DNA of 64,000 nt from Heptranchias perlo (lineage: Eukaryota). The translations under genes and the position numbers were made by a program. Shown here piece by piece: positions 24,779-35,712 of this stretch (position 1 is its first letter; each line of letters starts with the position of its first letter). Location of the stretch: the NCBI RefSeq assembly GCF_035084215.1, contig NC_090340.1, positions 14,694,001 through 14,758,000 on the forward strand, written 5' to 3'. The notes below the pieces were generated by a model. That model did no database searches. It had not been told where the DNA came from and saw nothing but the letters and a program-made list of their open reading frames with translations.

Positions 24779-26204
24779 TTCACAGGTAAAAACTGCACCG
24801 AACGGTCGTGAAAGGCTGGTACGTTCATCCATTCATCCCCGAAAAGTGTTCAAATATGCAGAAAGATTGCTATCATGGAGATATTTTTATCATAATCATG
24901 TCAGAACAGTTTGCGTAATTCCTAAAAGTATTTGGTTTGTTTCGCTTAATGGGTCACTCAAATCGTGTTCAGAAAAACATTTGATGCTGGCGGGGAGGGG
25001 TTTAACCCCTCGGGGCGAAATTGTTTTTCGGAAAAGAAAAGCGAGTGCAGTGTACAACGGGCGGCCGCTTCGCTATCGCCCGTTTCGCGCTACCGCCGAA
25101 GGCCAATTTCACCCTGTCTCCGGTGTGTTGCTCTTTTAAATTATTAATTGGCAGAAAAGAAAACTGTCAGTTTCGTTGAAAATGTGTCTAAGTAATTACA
25201 GTTTATAGAGTCAATATTATTTATAATTGTGGAAATTCTTAATATTGTGGAACAACCGCTCATTTAATCATTTATGTGGTGTATAATGAATATTGACGGG
25301 TTTAAATAATAAGTTATAGCGAGCACAGTACTCACCGGTCTTAACATTTGCACTTATGTGACAATATTAATTATGGTTTCTGCAGTTTATCTCTCGTCTA
25401 CATTGTTCTGTTCACTGTTTAACTAGTAGTCTGTAAATTGGTGAAAGCAGTGAACTAGCCACATAACAAATCATATACTTGTCCCTGGCCTATTTGGGAA
25501 GCAGAGGCTGGGATCCTTGATACGCTGCATTAGGGTTGAACAGAACTCATTAAACTCCAACACGTAAACTTGAATTGAAGAGGAATGTGTAAAATTAGGC
25601 GGGACTCGAAAGCGGATCAGACAGAGACAGATTACCAGCGTAACAACAATATTCATCGGATATCGGAAAATATAAGGCTGGCTGACTCTGGTCGTGTATC
25701 GAATCGAAAGCTGTTTCTCTGTTATTCTGTTGATTGTTTTCGGCAGCAGTCCACAAACTGGCAAAACGACCAATTAACAATATTTCCAAACACGGATTAC
25801 AGACCAAAAAAAGGGACCCACGTGACTCTAGGCTCCAAAAAAAAGGGAAAATCTCAAAATAACAAATAAAACACAGATTAACATATTCCAGTATTATATC
25901 ATTCAAAAAGGTGTCATTGTTTGTTATTGCTTAAATGTTTGAGGAATTTTAATTGATTTACTTGTACTAAAAATGAACTTTCCTTCCAACTTTTGATCAA
26001 TCTGTCATGTTTTACAGATAAGAAAACTTTGCAATTATATACTTTTTTGTACCTAGTTATTATCATGCATAACTTCAATAAAAATAGATGTTCTACGATT
26101 TCTCTCTTATCAACCATTAGTGATCATTTTTCTTCACTAGTAAAACTGCAAAACCTGAGTTTTGATCTATGCGTTGCCTTGGTGTATTGTGACTTCCAGT
26201 ACAG

Positions 26205-26284
26205 GCGATTCTCCTGATGTGGAAGGCAGGACGCTCCAGTCTATGGACTCGTCCGTAAACCCACTGCACCCAGCTTGCAGCTGA
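26205..26284 (+). CDS. Copy B candidate distal terminal exon (short tail GDSPDVEGRTLQSMDSSVNPLHPACS*)
   Basis: Tandem AG acceptors (ttccagtacag). Strongly conserved with copy A 14302-14381, with the same length and stop. No Tyr motif. Confidence 0.5.
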
Positions 26285-28456
26285 TGGAACATGAGTTACC
26301 TTTCTCTAATCTCTGAATGACTATCCACTTCGCCCAGACAATTCCAAGCGGCTCCCAAAGGAAATGCCCAGATTATTCTCATTATGCTCTATCTTCAAAA
26401 GGACAGAGATTCGAGAGAGTTCTGAGACAAGCAACAAGAATGAATCCGGGACCTGGCAGTTAAGTTGTGAGAAAAGCCCCACGGAGCCGGTCGCATTTTT
26501 ATTGGAGGTAATACCAAATTAAAAAGGATTCTGGCCTTTTAGAAATGTTGAAAGACGTGGCTGATGTAGATAAGCTCGCTGTATGACTTAACACGCAACA
26601 ACAGGTTCTGAATTATCAATTCCCAAAGAAGAGAATAGAATTACAACCATTTTTTGTGTGGTTGTTTGTTCAGCTGGAAGATAACTAATAGTTTGAATGG
26701 TTAAACTGTCATCTATTTGGAAGTAGATCACTTGAATTACAGGGTGAGAACTATCTGGTTACTGGAAGAATAGCAGCCCAACAGTTCCAGCGACTAAGCC
26801 TTCAACTCAGAATTTAAAGATAATACAAGACGTAGTGAATCGGTTGCATTTTATTTGGCCTAACTCTCTTTGTTTGATGACTCTGTGCATTAACAAGCGT
26901 TTTAGAGACCTAGAATGTTACAGCAGAGAAACAGTTCATTGGGCTTCTAAAGTCTGAACGTTTTTTCTCTCCACATGAACCAGTTAATTTGTCCTATTTT
27001 GCTTTTAAATTCTCACAATCTTTCATATCCCTCTTTTCAAGCAACTAATTCCATTCTAAAAGAAATCCTGCACTGGGCTTGTGGCAGAGAACTATATATC
27101 GCATTCTAACCAGCCTCCGTTTAGAGAGTATGTTACCTCTCCCTTTATTTTTTGAGATTATGTTAAATTTCTGGTCAGTCGCTACAGTTTACTGACCACT
27201 GGAAACAATATAACATTATTACCTTATCATAACGCGTCTTAGTGTTGAAAACCTCTTAAACATCTCAGCTCAAGTGAAAGATGTCCAAGCTTCTCAAATA
27301 ATAACAACCCCACATTCCTGGTAATTAAATTTTCAATTGTTTTTATACCTTTAGTTTTAGAAAAACTCTTCCACCAGCTGAACATTACCTCCTTGCTTTT
27401 GTATTTTATGCCACCAAATACTAAACCAGGACATTCCCTTTGCATTTTTATTTTGCAATAAACTTCTGCTGCCATCATTCGTTAAATTCGCTCTGCTGCT
27501 CTCCATTTAAGATCCTATAATTTAAGATGTATTTCCCATTCCTACCTCCAGAAATGTAATATTTCACGTTTCTCTCCATTCGCCATGGCCATCTACCTGC
27601 TCTTCGAACTAACTATCGATGTCGCCTGCAGGATTTCACAAGCTGCATCGGAATGTCCTTCCCTCCTCCCCATTGTTTGTCATCTGCAAATTTTAATGTT
27701 GCTCCCTCAATTCCCCAGTCAAGATAATTAATCTTTATAATAAATAAAAGCAGCCCAACACAGACCCCGGGGAACACCTCTCGGCACATCTTTCCACTCC
27801 GAGAAATATTCTTTTACCCTTATACTTTGTTTTCTGTCCTCCAATCATCACTCTATTCCCATTAGCCACTTTGTCCTTACTTTCACGTGCCATTGTCGTA
27901 TGTGGTACCTTTTCAAATACGTTCGGAAAATCCATGCAAATTACATCTGCGGCATTCTCCTTCTCTTATTCTCTTTGTTATTTGTTCAATTAATTCTTTA
28001 AATCAAGCGGGATCTGCTTTTTCTAAACTCGTGATTCCTGGACCTGATTAGTTCAGGTTTCTACCAGAATTTCGCCGTTTTATAACGTTTGTCATAGGTC
28101 CTGCAAATTGCAAGTAAATGTGCAACTGTTTACCTGTCATTATGTTGCAGGTTGCTTCGCATTGTTTTTTTCTCATCCAATAACAATTCGTTGGCTTCGA
28201 GGAAGAGATTAAGTCAACGTGCTGTAGATTATTTTGAAAACTAGTTAAGCGAAAGTGACACATTTATGTGCAGTGGTACAAAATTAACATTTGGACATTC
28301 TATCAATCATTTGTTCTGTGAAAATGTAAGATATTAACGGAAGTGTTGACTAGTCTGGATTTAGCTACACGAAATGTTTTGCTAAATATCGACACTAGCG
28401 AATCGTTTTCTCGAGCTAACATGAAGCGCGTGTTATTTAATCGCCCCATCAGTGTA

Positions 28457-29918
28457 ACCATAAGACCATAAGAGATAAGAACAGGAGTAGGCTATTCGGC
28501 CCCACGAGCCTACTCCGCCATTTAATGAGATCATGGCTGATCTGATTTTTACCTCAACTCCACTTTCCCGCCCTTTCCCCATATCATTTGACTCCCTTGC
28601 TGATCAAAAAATAGTCTAACTCAGCCTTGAATGTATTCCAATTACTCAGCCTCCACAGCATTTTGGGATAAAGAATTCCAAAAATTCACGACCCTCTGAG
28701 AGAAGAAATTCCTCCTCCTTTCCATCTTAAACGGGCGACCCCTTATTCTGAGACTATGCCCCGTAGTTTTAGATTCCCCCATGAAGGATAATATCCTCTC
28801 AGCATCTAACCTATCGAGTCCCCTCAGAATCTTGTCTGCTTCAATAAGATCTCCTCTCATTCTTCTAAACTCCAATGAGTATAGTCCCAACCTGTTCAAT
28901 CTTTCCTCATAAGAAAATGCTTCCATACCCGGAATCTACCTAGTGAACCTTCTCTGAACTGCCTCCAATGCAAGTATGTCCTTCCTTAAATAAGGGCACC
29001 AGAACTGTACGCAGTACTCCAGGTGTGGTCTCACCAGTACCCTGTAGAGTTGTAGCATGACTTCCCTGCTTTTATACTCCATCCCCCCAGGAATAAAGGC
29101 CAATATTCCGGATTACCTGCTGCACCTGTATGTTGACTTTTTGTGTTTCATGTACGAGGACACCAAGATCCCTCTGTACCGCAGCATTTTGTAGTATTTC
29201 TCCATTCTAATATTATTTTGCGTTTTTATTTTTCCTCCCAAAGTGGATGACTTCACATTTTCCCACATTATATTCCATCTGCCAAATTTTTGCCTATTTG
29301 CTAAACCTGTCAATATCCCTTTGCAGACACTTGTATCCTCATCGCAACTTGCTTTTCCATCTATCTTTGTATCATCAGCAAATTTGGCCACAAGACTCTC
29401 TGTTCCTTCATCCAAGTCATTGATATATATTGTAAATAGTTGAGGCCCCAGCATTGATCCCTGCGGCACCCCATTAGCTAGAGATTGCCATTTTGAAAAT
29501 GACCCTTTTATCCCGCCTCTTTGTTTTCTGTTAGTTCGCCAATCCTCTATCCATGCCAGTAAATTACCCACAACATCATGAGCTCTTATCTTGTGCAGTA
29601 TTTTTTTTACGTGGCACCCAATCGAACGCCTTTAGGAAATCCAAATATACTGCATCCATTGGTTCCCATTTATCCATCCTGCACTTTACTTCCTCAAAGA
29701 ACTCTATTAAATGTGTCAGACATGATTTCCCCTTCATAAAACCATGTTGACTCTCCTTGATTGTATTATGAGTCTCCAAATGTCCTGCTACTACTTCCTT
29801 AATAATGGATTCTAGCATTTTCCCAATGACAGATGTTAGGATAACTGGTCTCTAGTTTCCTGCTTTCTGTCTCACTCCCTTCTTGAATAGTGGTCTTACG
29901 TTTGCGGTTTTCCAATCC
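28457..29918 (-). mobile_element. 5'-truncated CR1 LINE
   Basis: GVPQGSMLGPQLFTIYINDL..KFADDTKI and RRMRGDLIE. Same family as 1314-2387. Confidence 0.92.
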
Positions 29919-32019
29919 ATTTTTAGAAGAAAGTTACACATTCACATTGCTCCTATCACAGTGTTTTGCGCCTTAAGACTGGTGGTTGGAGGTGACAAAG
30001 TACCAGATTGTACAAATAATTTCTAATGCGGCATCTTGCACTCCCGCTCCAACCACATCAGAGGCAAGAAATCCGCATTCGGGATATCAAAGGAGAGGCA
30101 AATCCATACAGAATTTCTGCTCCAAGACCGCCGGGAATCAGCAGTTCAGGGTCATAACAAGGGGTGACTGGAAGATTGTATAGTATGTGGAGGGGTATTT
30201 CGCTTTAAAGCATTGAAGGATTATAAGACAAATCTAGCATGAATACCTGTCATGAATATTTGTGTTAGAAGAATCAGGACCGGTGGAATTGATACACGTT
30301 TTGTGAAAGGAAATATTAGTGTGGGATTATAAAAATAAATGATTGGACAGTGACTATTTTTAGCATAAGGGAACTCAATATTAATTATTCCCCATTTACA
30401 TTCAGTTTCATCACATGGTCACAGCTTGAAGTTAATGAACAGTTCAGATCATTTAAATGTTTTTTTATGAATTATAATGACATTTCATAATGGATATATC
30501 TAGTATAATTGTGAATACATAATAGAGGTGTTAAAGGGAGATTACGGTGTGTAATGCAGTAAAAACCTGTTCTCGTTTTATTTCCATCTTTTTATCTAGA
30601 AAGAACATAACAGAAAATAGATAGTTACCTAGTAATGTTACAAATGCACTTCAGTCATCTGATTTCTGGTTTGTCTCGTGTTTTCCATAACTCTTTTCAA
30701 CCTTGATGGTGAGCTGCACCATGATCCTTGGAACTTCGTTTGACGTATGTGACAACACCCGTTCATCCATATACTCACGATTGCGACTGAGTTTACTCAG
30801 CACTGACAGAAACATGAGAGTTGGTAAATTCAAGAATGTAACGCAGTCCACAGTCCACAACATCATTTGAACTACTTGATGCGAAAGTTGAACCTTCATT
30901 GCCTTGGTGAATGATTCTGCAGTAATGATTAAATTGTATGGTTTGAATTTATTTATGGAAATTCAAATTTACAATTAAAGGCTGCATATTGGAGCAACGT
31001 GAAGCATATACTATAGAAATAAGCTTGTGTGAACAGGTCATACCAGGGAGAGTCAAATACCTTTGACAGTGGCCACACTTGATATTTAACAAACTGACGA
31101 TTTTAATGACCAACGCAACTTAAAACCATGACCATTTTCTTAGGGGGATGCCAGCACACGCTATCGCTGTGTCACACTTGTATCTGCTTTGCTTAAATTA
31201 GGTTTTCATTAAAAAAGCAACAAATTACAACTGAAAATGTACAGAACGCCCAAATCAAACACGAGGAAGATGGATAGAAACAACACTGATCATGAATTCC
31301 GAAGAACATATTGAAGTAACAAAGCATGACTGGTGAGTACAATCTACAAACAAAATAAAGAGAAACCAACGAAATTGCTCCACTTTTTGAAAATATTTTG
31401 CTTTTTGTTCCATCACTAAGATAAGGGCTTACTGCTGGCAAAATATCGGGGTTACAACATTTAGAAGAAAATATCCAAACCTATTGACACAATAACATTT
31501 TCTGTGTTTTCAACAGATTCAGAGGACATTTTCGGTTGGAAGCTTGCTTCTCTCTGAGAAGCCTGAGTCAACATTATAAGGGCTTTCCAGAGAAGTCAAT
31601 CTGTTGGCTAACAAGGCAGGAGAGTACAATTCCGACCATGCACCGCTGTGACTGATTTTAACAGCCTGTGTAGAGAATTGCGAGCATGCACTTACTGCTT
31701 CTCCCTTTCTGAATCCAATGAACACGATCATTGTCAGAACACGCCATGACTTGTGATTCGTAAACACATCCTTTTTCCCTGTGCAGCAACGAAAGCGGCA
31801 TTGCTGCGGAATGATGGAAGCAAAAAGGAAAAGAAGCATTGGTTTTCCTCATCGAATACTTTAAAGATAACAGCATTTTTTGCATGGAACATTAAAGCAA
31901 TGTAAAACAGGTACTTTTGAAAACATTCTTAAGGAGATATATTCAACCGGCTGTTGATTTATGTAACTAAAGATATTACATGATATTCCGTTCAATGGAC
32001 ATGTGCACCCCTTTGACAT

Positions 32020-32250
32020 AGTATCATAGTCGGTACAGCACAGAAGGAGGCATGTACTGCCTCTTTGAGAGAGCTATCCAATTGGTGCCATTCCCTTGCT
32101 CTTTCCCCATAGCCATTTTCCCCTTCAAGTAATTACCAATTCATTTTTGAAAGTTACTATTGAATCTGCTTCCATCACTCTTTCAGGTTGTGCATTCCAG
32201 ATCATTACACCTAGCTGCCTCTCCCCTGGCTCTTTTGCTGATCATCTTTA
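32020..32250 (-). mobile_element. Short CR1 3' fragment
   Basis: Reverse complement of the CR1 3' end seen at 47200-47490. Confidence 0.6.
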
Positions 32251-33132
32251 TTGGAAACTTAATTGCGGAGGTTACTTTCATCCTAACAGTCTGCGTCCGA
32301 AATAGGTGTGACCAGTCCATTCTGAGAAAGTGTCACAGAACCAAATTGCCCAATTTGGAACTCTCACTGAGAGAAACCATAGTTTCGTTAGCATGCGGGT
32401 GAAAATATGATATTGGTATAATTGCCAGCGTTCTACTCAGGTTGGGGCTGAGCCATACCCTTAGCACCATTCATGCCTTGCTTCTGGATGGAGCTGACAC
32501 CAGAAAATGTCCCCTGTATAATCTGCAACGAATTTGCACACCTATTCGTTGTAAACGGGTTCGGAATGTTGTTATACATAGCACATAGTGTAGAACGACA
32601 TAAATCTATCAGGTAATAGTTCCATTCCCCAGCTCGATTAATGCGGAATTCACCCCAAGTGATTTGAAAAAGGAGGAAAATGGAATTTGAAATTCAGTTA
32701 TACTAAAATCAGAAATATTCAAAATCAGATTACACTTCGGTTGTGCACTTCAGCTGTTCAGTAAAAGTAGACACAGAAAAAAATGTTGATACAAATGACT
32801 CGCTTAGTGCCGTGCAGATATTGACAGTGGTGTCATATGTTAAAGAGCTCAACGCAAGCTCGAGGAACAGCATTTCATCTTTCCATTAGGCACTTAACAG
32901 CCTTCAGGCTTTAACATTCAGTTCAACAACTTTAGATCATAACCACCGCTCCCATTTGATCGGACGACATGTCCTGGTTACGGTTCTGTTGTTAGCATTT
33001 ACACTTCCTCTCGACAAATCGTTGTTTCTTCAGCTTTGTTTCTTTACTTGTCGCATTACAACCAGCTTTTTCCTTTCACCATCACTCTTTTTGTCATTTA
33101 ATCACTCCTGCCCTACACTCCATCACAGACCT

Positions 33133-33776
33133 TGTTAGCGTGGATTTTGGACTGTTGAATTAAAGGCAACGATGAAGTGACTATTGGGTACATGGCGGTG
33201 GTCTTTACCCTAAAACCACACTGAAATGTGCTTTGTGTAGATTAGACTAACCTTAATTAAAGGCTTAAATATAACGCTTGACTACTAATAAAATGGACAC
33301 TATTAAACAAAATGGATTCTATTAAACAAAGGGACACTATTAAATAAAATGGATTCTGTGACTGTGGGAAAGACAGTTAAAAGTGTTGAGTTTGTACATT
33401 CCAGAACTGGCTTACAGTCTGGGAATACAAAGGACATTTCACAACGAACTGATAAAACTATAGAACCAGACTGCATGAAACAAAGGCATGCTGTCTTAAG
33501 GTGATAATAGTTGTTCGGACTTAATTGGTTAATGCGTAAGCAGTCCGTTGTTGCTATGCGGACTTAATTGGTTAATGTGTGTAATCAAGATTTATGATGT
33601 AAAAGCTACTGAAAATCTGTATTTCAAAGGTATAAAAAAGCATGACAACCATTTTAAAGTTGAGAAGGTAGCTGCGTTCACTACGGAGTGTCCAGTCCTT
33701 CTCCCAAAGCTTTGTCCAATAAACTGCATGTTGAATCTTTAAGTCTGACTCCGAGTGGTGATTTTTTCCCACAACA
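33133..33776 (+). repeat. Complete LTR (TG...CA) with TATA box and poly(A) signal
   Basis: tgttag...caaca, TATAAA at 33631, AATAAA at 33718, followed by a PBS. Confidence 0.88.
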
Positions 33777-33778
33777 AT

Positions 33779-33796
33779 TGGCGTAGTCGGCAGGAT
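33779..33796 (+). promoter_or_regulatory. Primer binding site, tRNA-Ser
   Basis: TGGCGTAGTCGGCAGGAT lies 2 nt after the LTR and is complementary to the vertebrate tRNA-Ser 3' end (ATCCTGCCGACTACGCCA). Confidence 0.9.
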
Positions 33797-35304
33797 CTCA
33801 CTACTGGTGAGCTGATCGGTTGGCCTCGATCAGCGAACTGGAGTCGAGATCATTGAACTGTGGGAGTCAGACTAAGCCAACAGTGCAGTTAACACAGGGG
33901 GGTAAGTTAAGAGAATTTATGGGACTGTTGGGTATAACTAAGAGCTGGTTGCTTGTGCTGATCGACTAAGGACAAGGAAGTGTCTCTCTTGTATCCTGCC
34001 TTAGACTGGCTGTTCAGAGGGGAGATCCCCCACGCGAAGGTCAGGATCTTGAAGTGGATGCAAAAACAGGGGCACTTGCGATTGTGAAGCACGAGTAACC
34101 AGAACCATCCGGTACCAAACTCTGTAGTGGCGAACAAACGCAGAGATTAGAGCATAAGTTAAAGCATAAGTTAATTTACGATGTGTATTGTCTGATCATA
34201 CAACCTAGAACCGAACCCCATGGGAGGAAACACATTATCAAACTGATAATTGTGGCCGTGAGTATATAGTTGCAACTGAAAGTAAAATCTGGAGTGGAGT
34301 TCGGGCTGGGATTTCAGAAAGTTTAGAAAGTTTGGGAGGGAAAAGTAAATCTGGTGTGACCGGCAGTGACCGGTGATTACGGCTGGCTGTACACCAGCAC
34401 ATACCGACAGTGATCGGTGATTAAGTACCGGCAAGTCCCGGGGCCAGGACCCGAAAGTTGAAAGAAAAGAAAATCCGGCGAGAAGCCGGGACCCGAAGGA
34501 AAGATATAGCGAGAGGCTGAGATATCAGAAAAGAAAATCCGGTGGTTAGACCGGGACACGAAAGGTTTGAGTGAAAAGAAAACCCGGTGGATAGACCTTG
34601 ACCCGAAGGATATAGCGAGAACAGAGCACGATAATAAAGTTAACAAGTGAACAACCTAGATGGGGACCTGCAGGTTCCCTTATCGAGAAGTATATGACAG
34701 ACAGACACTCATTGATTAAGCAGATGCAAAAGGATGGCTGGGATATTTCTCAGACCTTAGAACAACAGAGAAAGTGGATAGATGGGGAAAAGAAGGATAA
34801 AACAAAAAAGGCAGGAGTATTACTAGTCCACCAACAAGCTGGAACCTTAGGGAATTAGAAGGCACCTCCACTAGAAAGTGGAGCGAAGATAAGGATAAAA
34901 TTAGGGAATTAGAAACTAGGATAAGGGAATTAGAAAAAAGAATCAATTAAAATGTTTAAAAGACAGAGACCCGGAAAAGAAAGGGTGTACTGTCTCTTTA
35001 AAAAGCCTGTCCTGATTGTGAGTGTTTTTTCGGTGTTGTGGGCCACGCCCCTTCTTACTGCGTCTTACGTGTTTATGTATTTGTTTTGTCTTGTGTTTAA
35101 TTCTGAGATTGCTGAATTAAAATTGGAGTTATTGAGGTTAAGTGACCGATTAAATTCTGATTCTTATAAAATGTGAGCATGTCAAATGACTGGCTGTTCA
35201 GAGGGGAGATCCCCCACGCGAAGGTCAGGATCTTGAAGTGGATGCAAAAACAGGGGCACTTGTTATTGTGAAGCACGAGTAACCAGAACCATCCGGTACC
35301 AAAC

Positions 35305-35712
35305 TCATGCTTTTTTATACCTTTGAAATACAGATTTTCAGTAGCTTTTACATCATAAATCTTGATTACACACATTAACCAATTAAGTCCGCATAGCAAC
35401 AACGGAAATGTCCTTTGTATTCCCAGACTGTAAGCCAGTTCTGGAATGTACAAACTCAACACTTTTAACTGTCTTTCCCACAGTCACAGAATCCATTTTA
35501 TTTAATAGTGTCCCTTTGTTTAATAGAATCCATTTTGTTTAATAGTGTCCATTTTATTAGTAGTCAAGCGTTATATTTAAGCCTTTAATTAAGGTTAGTC
35601 TAATCTACACAAAGCACATTTCAGTGTGGTTTTAGGGTAAAGACCACCGCCATGTACCCAATAGTCACTTCATCGTTGCCTTTAATTCAACAGTCCAAAA
35701 TCCACGCTAACA
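35305..35712 (-). repeat. Inverted partial LTR (U3 through TATA box, lacking 33441-33545)
   Basis: Reverse complement of 33133-33440 joined to 33546-33645. Confidence 0.92.

Larger units (their letters stand above)
33133..35712 (+). mobile_element. Non-coding LTR-derived element bounded by inverted LTR ends
   Basis: 5-bp TSD GACCT (33128-33132 and 35713-35717). 33133-33440 is the exact reverse complement of 35405-35712. Confidence 0.9.

Noticed and set aside
33133-35712. Ordinary cut-and-paste DNA transposon with long TIRs
   Set aside because: The left arm is a complete LTR with TATA, poly(A) signal and a tRNA-Ser PBS, and no transposase is present, so the element is retro-derived.
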